IMG/VR virus record: IMGVR_UViG_3300025605_000004
Span: 1 to 64,000 of that record
Source: a virus
Taxonomy: Duplodnaviria; Caudoviricetes
Length of the DNA: 64,000 bases
Strand: one strand, 5' to 3'
The notes below the pieces were generated by a model. That model was given only the letters and a program-made list of their open reading frames with translations. It ran no database searches and had not been told where the DNA came from. A program made the translations under genes and the position numbers. Positions 24,911 to 34,020 of this stretch are shown one piece after another (positions within the stretch are counted from its first letter, which is position 1; every line of letters begins with the position of its first letter).

Positions 24911-27900
24911 ATGCAGAAACTCCTAGCAAAGCCCAAGTCACGGCTCCTGCTCTCAAGGCTGGAGAAGCGTGACACGGCACTCATACAGAGTGCCCGGCAA
25001 GACAGGGATTCGCTGTTCGCTGACCCGACGAACCAGCGGTATCCCCTGGATACTGTGGAGCACATCCAGTCTGCAATCGAGTTGATTCAGGCTCCGGCCA
25101 ACGCCGCCGCTTGCTCTGAGAGCGAGATGAAGGCAATGAAGGCTCGAATCAAGACTGCGATGCTCAAGCACAGTATGAAGGTGCCCACTGAGAAGCAGGG
25201 TTGGGAACACGACCCCATCCTGCCCCTCACGCAAGACCACTACACGGTGGATGGTAGTGCTGAAGAACTGCTCGCCAAAGTGCGACACGCCTTCAAGGAG
25301 TGGAGGAGTAACCAGAGTGATTATTCAATCCGCTGGTCTTGCATCCTCGCTACGTTCGCCAACAGCATTCTCATCTACACCGACGAGTGGGATTCGGACA
25401 CCGAATACTATCTGGTCGGCTACACGGTCGATGAGGCCGGAAAAGTCGCCATAACCGGTGAGCTTACTCGGGTTGATGTCAAGATGGTCGTCTCGGCCCT
25501 TGGCGTGGAGCAAGCCACAAACGGAGAGGAGCAGACCGCAATGCAGACAGACGAGACAAAACCGAAGACTCAGGACGCCGTTCCTGACGCCACTCCGGTC
25601 GCTGACATTGCTGCTGCCGCAACTCCTGCCAACAAGTCGGACGATAATCCGACGCTGGAGGAGAAGAAAACGGACGCTGAGTCTCCTGGAGTCTCTATCG
25701 CGGAACCCGCTGATGAAGCAACAAGCGATTCCCCGGCAGAGAAATCCGATGAGATTCCGGCAACCCCGGCAGCCGATGACGGCGGCACGTCCGACGCAGT
25801 GAAGTCGGCCATGGGCAAGACGGCCTCTGGTACGAAGCAGGATGAGCCTCAGAGCTTCGATGAGTCGAAGCTTCTGCAAGGTGACTCCTACGACTACGGC
25901 AAGCTGCCTCTGAGCTTCATCCAATCGGCAACGACTGAGGAGAGCAACGGCAGCAAGCTTATGCGTATCCAGGGTATCGTGACCCGTGGAAACATCGTGA
26001 ACTCGAAGGGCGAAGTCTACCCGACTAGCGTCTGGGAGAAGAACCTTGACCAGATGAACCAGGCTGCCAAGGCCGGAAAGTTCCTGGGCAAGCTCGAACA
26101 TCCCGACTTCGAGCAGGGCTTGGTAGATGCTGCTATCAAGTTCGACGAGTTCTGGCTCCAGGGTGATGACCTCTGGGCCAAGGCCACAGTCATTCCGACT
26201 GAGCCTTACGGCAAGAACCTGCAAGCCATGATTGAGGCCGGAGTACAGGTCGATTTCTCCAGCCGAGGTTACGGCAGCAAGGTAGTCCAAGACTGGCGCG
26301 GGGTTCAGCGGCCAGTTATCCAGGACGACTTCGTGTGCGTGGCATTTGATGCTGTGTGGCACGGAGCCTCTACTGGTAGCGGCGTGAAAAGCGTCGAGTA
26401 CCAGAGCGACCCGAACCCAACTACTACTACTATATCTGAAGGAGATGCACCTACCGTGGAAAAGGAAAAGAACGAGACCCAGACCCAATCCGCAGTTGAG
26501 GTCAAGGCCGCTGAGATTAGGGCCAAGGCCGAACTGAAGCAGACTCGGGTTGCTCTGCTCGACAGTGCCAACCTGAACGAGGTCGGTATGAGGGCTTACC
26601 AGACCGCACTTGAGAAGTGCGACACTCTGGAGAGCCTGATTCAGACCTCCGAGAGCCTGCTGCCGCACCTGGAGGCCACCTTTGGCAAGTCCGAGGAGGC
26701 CGACAAGACTGAGACTCAGAGTGTGACCTATATGCCGCACTTCTTCGTCAAGCAGTCTCAGGAGGAACTTGCTCCTCAGACCGTTGGCGAACTGTTCAAG
26801 AGAATGGTTCAAGACCTTCCCGATGGCCCTGCCAGACCGGGCGTTCCGAACCATTTCACCAGCCCTCGTATGGCTTGTTACCAGATGCTCTGCAACATCG
26901 CAAGAGAGCAGCAGGGCACCTTTGATGGTCGCAGAGCGGCCCTCGGTCTCCTGGCCCTTGAGCAGGGCAAGATTGACCGGGCGAAGGACATTCTGGAGCA
27001 GAGCCTCCCGACTGGTGCGACCGTTGCCAACGGCAATATCGATGGAGATGGTGCTCCTCTGAGCAACTATCTCATCTTCCCCCTCGTTCGTCGGGTATTC
27101 CCGATGTATATTATGAACGAGATTGCCTCCATCCAGCCGATGGACAGGCCCGAAGGGAAGATTTTCTACCTCGACCACTACCGAGTTGATGGGGAGGCGA
27201 ACGAGACGAGGCTTGACCTCAACACTTCGTCCAACCCGTTCAACTCCAGTTTCAGCGACAATAATACTGAGGGAGCCCCCGCTCTCCAGATTCGTCTCAG
27301 ACTGTCGAGCCAGCTTGTTCAGGCGCACACCAAGAAGCTTGGTGCAGCGTGGTCTATCGAGGAAATGCAGGACTTGAGAGCCTACCACGGCCTCGATGCT
27401 GCACAGGAACTCCTCGGTGGCATCGCTCGTGAAATGGCCCTGGAGTGGAACATGGAAGTCCTGAACGACATGCTCGCTCAGGCCACAGCCTGTGCTCTGA
27501 CTTATGGAACCCAGCGTCCTGCAAATGGATTTGACAGTCAGAAAGACTGGGATGAGTATATCTGGAACTATATCCAGAAGCTCGACAACATGATTTTCGC
27601 CAAGCGGAATGGTGGAATGACCCACATCGTCTGCGGTGTGGACGCTGCTCTCGCACTTGCCAAGTCGATGAGGGGCGCGTTCACTATCGGCGGCAGCGAT
27701 GGTAGAGCCGAGGAGATGGAGATGTATCCTGGAACCACGTTCTATGGAAACATCTCGACTCCGAACGGTAGCCGCTATCGGGTGCTGAAGACCAACTTCT
27801 GGGGCACTGGCACGACCAACGGCTCCAAGATTCTTGGTCTTCGCAAGGGTACCGAGTGGTCTGATACGGCCTACATCTGGGCACCGTACACCGACTACGT

Positions 27901-28033
27901 GACTCCTATGCTCACCGACCCTTCCGACTTCTCCCAGAAGCAGGGTGTTGTGAGCCGAGCCGCAAAGAAGGTCGTCGTTGCCGATGCGATGGGCTACATC
28001 ACCGTAACCAACGCGTCTGGCGAACTCGTATAA
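24911..28033 (+). CDS. Head polyprotein: N-terminal domain, T4 gp21-type prohead protease, scaffold region and T4 gp23-type major capsid protein
   Basis: Protease: N.KGEVYP, GKLEHP, FSSRGYGS, AFDAV. Capsid: FPLVRRVFP, IQPMDRPEGKIFY, KLGAAWSIEEMQDLRAYHGLDA..EL, IWAPY. GAGG SD before ATG 24911. Confidence 0.9.
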   Translation: MQKLLAKPKSRLLLSRLEKRDTALIQSARQDRDSLFADPTNQRYPLDTVEHIQSAIELIQAPANAAACSESEMKAMKARIKTAMLKHSMKVPTEKQGWEHDPILPLTQDHYTVDGSAEELLAKVRHAFKEWRSNQSDYSIRWSCILATFANSILIYTDEWDSDTEYYLVGYTVDEAGKVAITGELTRVDVKMVVSALGVEQATNGEEQTAMQTDETKPKTQDAVPDATPVADIAAAATPANKSDDNPTLEEKKTDAESPGVSIAEPADEATSDSPAEKSDEIPATPAADDGGTSDAVKSAMGKTASGTKQDEPQSFDESKLLQGDSYDYGKLPLSFIQSATTEESNGSKLMRIQGIVTRGNIVNSKGEVYPTSVWEKNLDQMNQAAKAGKFLGKLEHPDFEQGLVDAAIKFDEFWLQGDDLWAKATVIPTEPYGKNLQAMIEAGVQVDFSSRGYGSKVVQDWRGVQRPVIQDDFVCVAFDAVWHGASTGSGVKSVEYQSDPNPTTTTISEGDAPTVEKEKNETQTQSAVEVKAAEIRAKAELKQTRVALLDSANLNEVGMRAYQTALEKCDTLESLIQTSESLLPHLEATFGKSEEADKTETQSVTYMPHFFVKQSQEELAPQTVGELFKRMVQDLPDGPARPGVPNHFTSPRMACYQMLCNIAREQQGTFDGRRAALGLLALEQGKIDRAKDILEQSLPTGATVANGNIDGDGAPLSNYLIFPLVRRVFPMYIMNEIASIQPMDRPEGKIFYLDHYRVDGEANETRLDLNTSSNPFNSSFSDNNTEGAPALQIRLRLSSQLVQAHTKKLGAAWSIEEMQDLRAYHGLDAAQELLGGIAREMALEWNMEVLNDMLAQATACALTYGTQRPANGFDSQKDWDEYIWNYIQKLDNMIFAKRNGGMTHIVCGVDAALALAKSMRGAFTIGGSDGRAEEMEMYPGTTFYGNISTPNGSRYRVLKTNFWGTGTTNGSKILGLRKGTEWSDTAYIWAPYTDYVTPMLTDPSDFSQKQGVVSRAAKKVVVADAMGYITVTNASGELV

Positions 28034-28058
28034 TCTCCAGTGTGAGATGAGTGCCTAG

Positions 28059-28094
28059 AATGGCCCCGGTGAACTTTGCCGGGGCCATTTCTTT
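28059..28094 (+). terminator. Rho-independent terminator after the capsid gene
   Basis: AATGGCCCCGG...CCGGGGCCATTTCTTT. Confidence 0.85.
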
Positions 28095-28118
28095 GCCAAA
28101 GTGTGCTATAATATCAGT

Positions 28119-28322
28119 ATGAACTCTTATATCTACAACCCGCTAAACGCTCCGCAGTTTGTGGGTAGTAACATGTTCCCACCTCGGACTTATGTAGTTG
28201 TTGATGAGGCTACGGTAGCCCGATTAAAAGCAGGTAATGTGGATGTCCACATTGAGGGAGATGACAAGTTTAGACCCTTATTCGTCGTAAACATTCCGGC
28301 GAAGATACCTAACCAACTCTAA
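28119..28322 (+). CDS. Small hypothetical protein, probably leaderless
   Basis: TGCTATAAT ends 6 nt before ATG 28119. Confidence 0.55.
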   Translation: MNSYIYNPLNAPQFVGSNMFPPRTYVVVDEATVARLKAGNVDVHIEGDDKFRPLFVVNIPAKIPNQL

Positions 28323-28339
28323 TAAGGAGGACATTCAAG

Positions 28340-28696
28340 ATGTCAAAAGTATCGACGGCTATAGACCTCATCATCTCGTGGTTGGCGAAGTCCCTGGCCT
28401 GCCTGCTTGACCTCGTTAAGTCTGGGCAGGCTGACAAAGCAGGTCTACTCATCCTGGACATTCAGGATGTCATCAGCAAACATCTGCTTGCTGTCAAGGC
28501 TTTCATCCCTGAGAAGCCCATCGGCAAGGTGCCAGGTAACTTCTTCGCCAAAATTGCATGGATACTCAAAAACTCCGCTTACTTGAATATCCTTGCTGCT
28601 CTAGCAATTGACTTTGACCCGTTCGAGGAAGCCAAACTAACAGCTAAATCCGTTGCTATGAAGTGGGGTTTCTACAACGAGGTCTATGGAGGATAA
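28340..28696 (+). CDS. Hypothetical protein
   Basis: AAGGAGG SD. Confidence 0.65.
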   Translation: MSKVSTAIDLIISWLAKSLACLLDLVKSGQADKAGLLILDIQDVISKHLLAVKAFIPEKPIGKVPGNFFAKIAWILKNSAYLNILAALAIDFDPFEEAKLTAKSVAMKWGFYNEVYGG

Positions 28697-29622
28697 TGAA
28701 GATGAGACTGATACCAGCCATTTTGACGGCTCTGTTTGTTTGTACTACGGCCTGGGCCAGAGTAGATAAGCTCCCGTCATATCACGACGAAAATGTTGCC
28801 AGGACAGAGGCTGCTAGAAATGCACCTCCTTCAGACCCGCCATGGGATGGAAGGCCCGGCACTATCAAACATGCAATGGAACAGCCAGACGGAACGCTCG
28901 TAATACTCGACTGTGTTCACGTAGGGGCCATCTACAAGGAACCCCAGAAATACATAGTTATCTATGACTGGTATACATCCTGGAGAACCATGATTGTAAA
29001 CATTCCTGCGACTCCAGAAATGAGGCCAGGCCAAGTAATTGATGTTATCGGCACGATGGCCACACTATCCGATGGTAGACGCCTTGTTGAATACCCTACC
29101 ATCTTGGGCTACTCAGATAAGCAAGGAAAACTTCTTGTCCAGGGAGGGCCGATGATAAAAGGTATATCCCAGGCCATTCCTTGGGCCTATAAGATTCAGC
29201 TTACCAAGATAGATAAGCCTGAAGGAAAGGGAAAAACTACCACTTCGACTGGAATTAGGGCAGCGGATGCAACTACTATTAGTGACTCCATTATCAGAAT
29301 CAAAGACCTGACCACTTATGACTCTGTTGCAGAACTTCTTGCTGCCAAGCCCACGGAAGGTAAGTGGGTTCGACTCCTAGACCGTAGAGTTTACTGCATT
29401 GGTAAAGACGACATTGGAACATTTATCGTCGTTAGAGACGGAGATAGTGAAGACAAACTTTTGCAAGTTTACACTACTGCCAGGCCCAAAACTAAATCAG
29501 CCAATGTGACTAGAATCATCGGCAAAGTGCATGTCAAAGACGGTTCTATTGTATTGGAAACTGATATAGGGTCAACCATAGACCCACAAATCGCCGTGGG
29601 TTCTGTGGCAATAATAGACTAA
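28696..29622 (+). CDS. Secreted protein with OB-fold-like repeats (Armatimonadota-type)
   Basis: Signal peptide ...VCTTAWA; AMEQPDGT..LD, PGQVIDVIGT; GGAGG SD and TAATG overlap. Confidence 0.6.
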   Translation: MKMRLIPAILTALFVCTTAWARVDKLPSYHDENVARTEAARNAPPSDPPWDGRPGTIKHAMEQPDGTLVILDCVHVGAIYKEPQKYIVIYDWYTSWRTMIVNIPATPEMRPGQVIDVIGTMATLSDGRRLVEYPTILGYSDKQGKLLVQGGPMIKGISQAIPWAYKIQLTKIDKPEGKGKTTTSTGIRAADATTISDSIIRIKDLTTYDSVAELLAAKPTEGKWVRLLDRRVYCIGKDDIGTFIVVRDGDSEDKLLQVYTTARPKTKSANVTRIIGKVHVKDGSIVLETDIGSTIDPQIAVGSVAIID

Positions 29623-29632
29623 GGAGGCAACC

Positions 29633-30757
29633 TTGAGAAGACTACCAATAGTTCTTCTGCTACTGAGCCTGTTCGTATCAATGCCCGCTCAGGCTCAGTT
29701 TATTCCTCCACCCGATGGAGGAGGCATTGAACCCCTGCCGAGTGCTCTTCCGGCTATCCATACTATGGCTTGGGCCAAAACTCAGCCGGACGGAACTCTA
29801 TTAACAGAGCCTATGGCGGGCAAGGTGGTAACCAGGGTCTTTCCCGACTTCGGTTATTTCTATATTTCAAAACCAGACCGAAGTATGGGCATACGTGTCA
29901 AGGCCGCCGAGTGCCCTAACCCAGGCGACATCATAACTGTAACTACCGGGGTTATGAACACCGATGAGCTTGAGAGGTTCATTGATAACGCTTCATATAG
30001 CATAGACGGACACGGTGACCAGATTCGACCTCTTGGAATGTCCAATAAGAGCTACGGAGGTGGGGATTTCTACTATGACCCTGGCCCTCCGGCAACTGGG
30101 CAAAAGGGATTCTGGGATGGAGTCGGATTAAACAATATAGGCTCTCTTGTGAGAGTATGGGGCAAAGTCACGGAGATAGACGTTAGACCGGTTCCTCTTT
30201 ACTTCTATGTAGACGATGGCTCCGGGGTTGACATGGCTATCGACCTGGAAGTAGCCCCAGGGCAAGCTATACCGTTTACACATCAAATAGGCGACTATGT
30301 AGCTTTTACCGGAATCAGTTCGTGCCTCGATGTGGATGGTTGGCATGTCCGTGTGATGAAGCTCTCGGCTCCTACTTTGAAGCTTTCAAAAGCCGTAGGG
30401 CAGACAGACCCGGCGTCAAAGGGGCCTATACGGTTCAAAGCCGTATTCAGTGAACCTGTAACAGGATTCACTAAAGACGATGTTATCATATCGGGAAGTG
30501 CCAGACCTTTAGATGTGATAGTCACCGATAGTGGCGACCACAAGACATATACAATCGAAGTGTCCGGCATGTCGCAAGCTGGCACCGTTAGTATTCGGGT
30601 CAACCATGGTGCTGCCAAAAGTATCAACGAAGACCTCAGCCTGGCTTCCCCTGATAACGGCATCGTTGTAAATTACAAACCTTTCGTGCCTTATAAAGTG
30701 CTGAACAAAAGAATGGGCATAGGGACGGGTAGATACCAGCGAAAACCTGTAAAATAG
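29633..30757 (+). CDS. Secreted protein: Armatimonadota-type OB-fold domains plus bacterial Ig-like domain
   Basis: Signal peptide ...MPAQA; GLNNIGSLVRVWGKVT...FYVDDGSG, FTGISSC; Ig-like FSEPVTGFTKDDV. Confidence 0.7.
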   Translation: MRRLPIVLLLLSLFVSMPAQAQFIPPPDGGGIEPLPSALPAIHTMAWAKTQPDGTLLTEPMAGKVVTRVFPDFGYFYISKPDRSMGIRVKAAECPNPGDIITVTTGVMNTDELERFIDNASYSIDGHGDQIRPLGMSNKSYGGGDFYYDPGPPATGQKGFWDGVGLNNIGSLVRVWGKVTEIDVRPVPLYFYVDDGSGVDMAIDLEVAPGQAIPFTHQIGDYVAFTGISSCLDVDGWHVRVMKLSAPTLKLSKAVGQTDPASKGPIRFKAVFSEPVTGFTKDDVIISGSARPLDVIVTDSGDHKTYTIEVSGMSQAGTVSIRVNHGAAKSINEDLSLASPDNGIVVNYKPFVPYKVLNKRMGIGTGRYQRKPVK

Positions 30758-30773
30758 ATAGGGGTATAGTCGG

Positions 30774-31736
30774 ATGAATGTAGTACAGAATCGGATAGAA
30801 TGGTTACCAGGTCTTCTTCAGACCAAAGATAACGGAGAGGGCATTGTAGGTGTTACCTATAATGCTGCGAGTCTTGTCGTCAAGTATCAGAAGACCGGAG
30901 GCCCGATACAAACCAAGATTCTGACTGCTGATGATTGGACAGAGGGAGTAGATGGTTCCTACAACATCCGATTTCTGCCAGAAGAACTGGATACTCTTGG
31001 CCTTTTCAGCTATTGGATTGAGTATACGAACTCCCTGACTTACATGGGAGCAGTGACCGTGGTAGAAGAAATCGACTTCAACCCGAACATCACTGTCAAT
31101 CCTCCAGAGGTCATTGTAAACCCTACCCCAGTTACGGTCACACCGCCTGAAGTGGTAGTTAATCCTACCCCAGTTACGGTGAACGTTCCCGCTGGAGCCG
31201 GATATTCCATGAACGTTACACAGAGACAACTTACCTGGCTGCCTGTCAGATTGACCAAGAAAAGTGACAGTCTGGGTTTAACAGGAGTAGCGTTTACGGA
31301 GGTCTCGGTAGCCTATCAAAAGGCCGAAGGGGGAGTAGTATCAAAGACTCTTACCGATATGGACTGGTCTGAAGGTGTAGACGGTGCTTACAGTTTGCGC
31401 TTCTTACCGGAAGAACTCGACAGTAGAGGGTTATTCCAGTACTGGGTAACACATCCAGACTGCTTTACATACCCAGGTGTAGCTCAAATCACTAAAGCTG
31501 ATTCCGGGCCGGGATTTACCGAAAGAGTAGCCCGTATTGCAATAAACAACCAGCCCATTGAAGGAGCCGAGGTGTGGATAAGCTCGGACGAGGCCGGTAG
31601 AGACATCATAGCGGGAATTAAACTCACTGATGCTCTGGGCCTGGTAAGATTCAACCTTGACCCCGGCGACTACTGGATACACTGGCGTAAAGCCAGAGTC
31701 CTCAAAGAGGGCAAGAAACTATGGAGAATAAGCTAA
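30774..31736 (+). CDS. Putative virion decoration protein with two homologous ~95-aa domains and a Pro/Val linker
   Basis: DW.EGVDG.Y..RFLPEELD..GLF.YW twice; PPEV.VNPTPVTV twice (42-bp period, 31122 and 31164). Confidence 0.65.
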   Translation: MNVVQNRIEWLPGLLQTKDNGEGIVGVTYNAASLVVKYQKTGGPIQTKILTADDWTEGVDGSYNIRFLPEELDTLGLFSYWIEYTNSLTYMGAVTVVEEIDFNPNITVNPPEVIVNPTPVTVTPPEVVVNPTPVTVNVPAGAGYSMNVTQRQLTWLPVRLTKKSDSLGLTGVAFTEVSVAYQKAEGGVVSKTLTDMDWSEGVDGAYSLRFLPEELDSRGLFQYWVTHPDCFTYPGVAQITKADSGPGFTERVARIAINNQPIEGAEVWISSDEAGRDIIAGIKLTDALGLVRFNLDPGDYWIHWRKARVLKEGKKLWRIS

Positions 31737-31737
31737 A

Positions 31738-32520
31738 ATGACGGACATAGATATTCAGGGTCAACCAGTAGACAGTGGCGGTCTGACAATAGCCGACATC
31801 AAGAAGCATCTGGAGGGTCGCAAGTTCCCGTCCATCCTGAGTGAGGAGGACTACACGGAAATTGTAGAAGCTTCCCTGCGTGAGTTGAACAGGTATATAC
31901 CTATCACCCGTTACGTGTCGTTCAAGACACGGGATGGGGTGCAGGACTACAAGCTGTTCGACCCTGACGACCCTATCACTGCCGGTGTCGGTGCCGGAGC
32001 CGTAGAGGTCAGAGATGTGTTCTGGAATCCGGGAGGGGATTGGTCGAGCTTGAACATCTTCTCTCCCGGATGGACACTCCTCTCACAGATGGTCTTATTC
32101 ACCGGCAGCTACTTCCACCAGCCTTCCCAGATGATGGTTCTCCGGCAGAAGCTCGATGCTTGGAGGCAGCAATTTGGCAGCACGGGCTTTGAAGTCATCG
32201 GTCTTGTGGGCGCAAAGGACTCTCTCTTGAGACTCTACCCAGTGCCAAGGGCCAATGACAACAACGTGGTAGTCGAGTTATCGGTCAACATGACCCTCAA
32301 TGACATCAACGATGCTATCATAGACAATTTCTGGCGGTGGACTGAATACTACACTGCCGATGCCCTGGCAAACCTGTATGCAACTACAGCAGGTGTCAAC
32401 CTCCTGAACTTCGCTGACTCGAAGGATGCGATGAAGTATTGGCAAACCAAGGCAGACCGCTACTACAGCAAGGCCATACATATTATGAGCGGTGTTTCTG
32501 GAGCCGCAATGCGAGGATAA
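31738..32520 (+). CDS. Head-tail adaptor / neck protein
   Basis: Position after the head genes; LRLYPVP motif typical of neck proteins. Confidence 0.55.
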   Translation: MTDIDIQGQPVDSGGLTIADIKKHLEGRKFPSILSEEDYTEIVEASLRELNRYIPITRYVSFKTRDGVQDYKLFDPDDPITAGVGAGAVEVRDVFWNPGGDWSSLNIFSPGWTLLSQMVLFTGSYFHQPSQMMVLRQKLDAWRQQFGSTGFEVIGLVGAKDSLLRLYPVPRANDNNVVVELSVNMTLNDINDAIIDNFWRWTEYYTADALANLYATTAGVNLLNFADSKDAMKYWQTKADRYYSKAIHIMSGVSGAAMRG

Positions 32521-32524
32521 GAAG

Positions 32525-32974
32525 ATGCCCAACTCCAAAGAGAGCTTGATGAGAGACCGGCTACTAAACGTGTTAGAGGTCTCGGCCCTACAGTTCCCGT
32601 CGATGTCCGTGACAATAGACCTGTGGCGGCCCAAAGTCGTCTCTCGTGGGGAGTTTGCCGATGAAGGTGTGGAGGTCTGGATTCGTCTTGACGAGGAAGT
32701 GCCCGCATTCTTCATCGACAAGATGAGCCGGTGGTTCGATGAGGTCGTGGGCATTATTGAGCAGACTACTAACTCAATTGTGCTGCCAGGCGGCCACATT
32801 CTCAAAGTGGATGACCATATCATACTGCAAGGTGAACCCTGGATTGTCATAGGCGTTCAGGACATCGGTGGTATCTGTGCTGCCCGAATAGACAAGCAGA
32901 AATCTCGATTCCAGATGCCCGCCCGGACTGTGCCGACTTACCGGGAGATAGGAATGAAAGCAAGGATAGCCTAA
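32525..32974 (+). CDS. Putative head-closure protein
   Basis: Synteny; LKVDDHIILQGEPWIV beta pattern; GAGG SD. Confidence 0.5.
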   Translation: MPNSKESLMRDRLLNVLEVSALQFPSMSVTIDLWRPKVVSRGEFADEGVEVWIRLDEEVPAFFIDKMSRWFDEVVGIIEQTTNSIVLPGGHILKVDDHIILQGEPWIVIGVQDIGGICAARIDKQKSRFQMPARTVPTYREIGMKARIA

Positions 32975-33480
32975 TGGTAGACCTGACAATCAAAGTTCGG
33001 TGGACGAAGCTCAACGTGAACCGCATGATGTCAGCGGTTGAGGCTGAAGCTGTGTCTGCGCTGAACGGTGCCCGAAGTTTGGCCCGTTCTATCCTCATAA
33101 GGAACATTGGCACACAGTACTTCAGCCTGCAACAATTACGAGGTCTCGGTCACCCCTACTCCTGGTTTGGCTCCGGCAGGCCCGGTAACCTTCCGGCAGG
33201 CGTAGTCAACCGACAGAGCGGCGGTTTCTACCAGTCGTTCTTCATCAGAGTTGCGCCGACCGGCAAGAGGGTTTCACTGCTCGTGGGCCAGACCGGGCCT
33301 GAACAGATGCAGGGCCTCTGGCTGTCTGAAGGCACTTCCCGGATGCGAGGGAGAAACTGGCAGGGACACCTCCGGGCAGAACTAGCCCGAGTCATCCGGC
33401 CTTACATTGCTAAGAACCTGGAGCAACGCTTGAAGCTCACAGTCAAAGCATACGGAATTAACAGTTTCTCGAAAGGATGA
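32974..33480 (+). CDS. Putative neck/tail completion protein (HK97 gp10-like)
   Basis: Basic protein; RQSG..YQS and EGTSRMRGR motifs. Confidence 0.6.
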   Translation: MVDLTIKVRWTKLNVNRMMSAVEAEAVSALNGARSLARSILIRNIGTQYFSLQQLRGLGHPYSWFGSGRPGNLPAGVVNRQSGGFYQSFFIRVAPTGKRVSLLVGQTGPEQMQGLWLSEGTSRMRGRNWQGHLRAELARVIRPYIAKNLEQRLKLTVKAYGINSFSKG

Positions 33481-33487
33481 TAGATAG

Positions 33488-33892
33488 ATGGCTGATACGA
33501 CTGCTTTCATCAGACATATAAAGACCAAACTCTCTGGGGCTGACTGGTTCGCCTCTCAAGGCTTCAGCAACCAACAGGTATACCGGCAATATCTTCCCCA
33601 GGTCAAAGAACCTATCTATCCTTGCCTGACACTCTCCTATGAAATAGATGAGAGGGCCGTGTTCGCCAACATAGACAACCTCCGCTTGTTCGTCTCCGTA
33701 CACGCCAAGGAGTTCGATAAAGTGGAGGAAGTCGCCAAGCAACTCAGCGACTTACTGCATAAGTATACTTACTCAGATGAGCAGTTGACCATCTATAAGT
33801 GTTACGATGTGGGCGTTCCTACAGTGCCTTCATGGAACAAAAACCTTAATGTTTGGGAAGCGGTGGTTGAGTTCGACTGTCAAGTAGGATAA
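33488..33892 (+). CDS. Putative tail terminator protein
   Basis: Directly before the tail tube; P..YP.LT pattern; typical size. Confidence 0.6.
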   Translation: MADTTAFIRHIKTKLSGADWFASQGFSNQQVYRQYLPQVKEPIYPCLTLSYEIDERAVFANIDNLRLFVSVHAKEFDKVEEVAKQLSDLLHKYTYSDEQLTIYKCYDVGVPTVPSWNKNLNVWEAVVEFDCQVG

Positions 33893-33903
33893 ATACCATA
33901 CTT

Positions 33904-33978
33904 CGCAACTTATCTGGTTCTCTTTTTCTTGCATGTGGACACCCTTCTAAGTCCCGAATGTAGTAGAGTATATGTAGC
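33904..33978 (+). promoter_or_regulatory. Candidate late promoter, copy 2 (tail tube gene)
   Basis: Gapless match to 24815-24889. Confidence 0.65.
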
Positions 33979-34020
33979 TTAAAGCACACATTCGAAAACT
34001 CTTGCCAGAGGAGAACCAAG

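Noticed and set aside
26454-26462. Self-target of the putative omega-RNA guide (CCGTGGAAA)
   Set aside because: Only a 9-nt match and the upstream bases are ACCTA, not TTGAC; compatible with chance.
25325-27625. 766-aa minus-strand ORF, and similar ones at 7482-8456, 17711-18880, 23689-24678 and 2195-3100
   Set aside because: Antisense shadows of well-supported genes, with no recognisable motifs.
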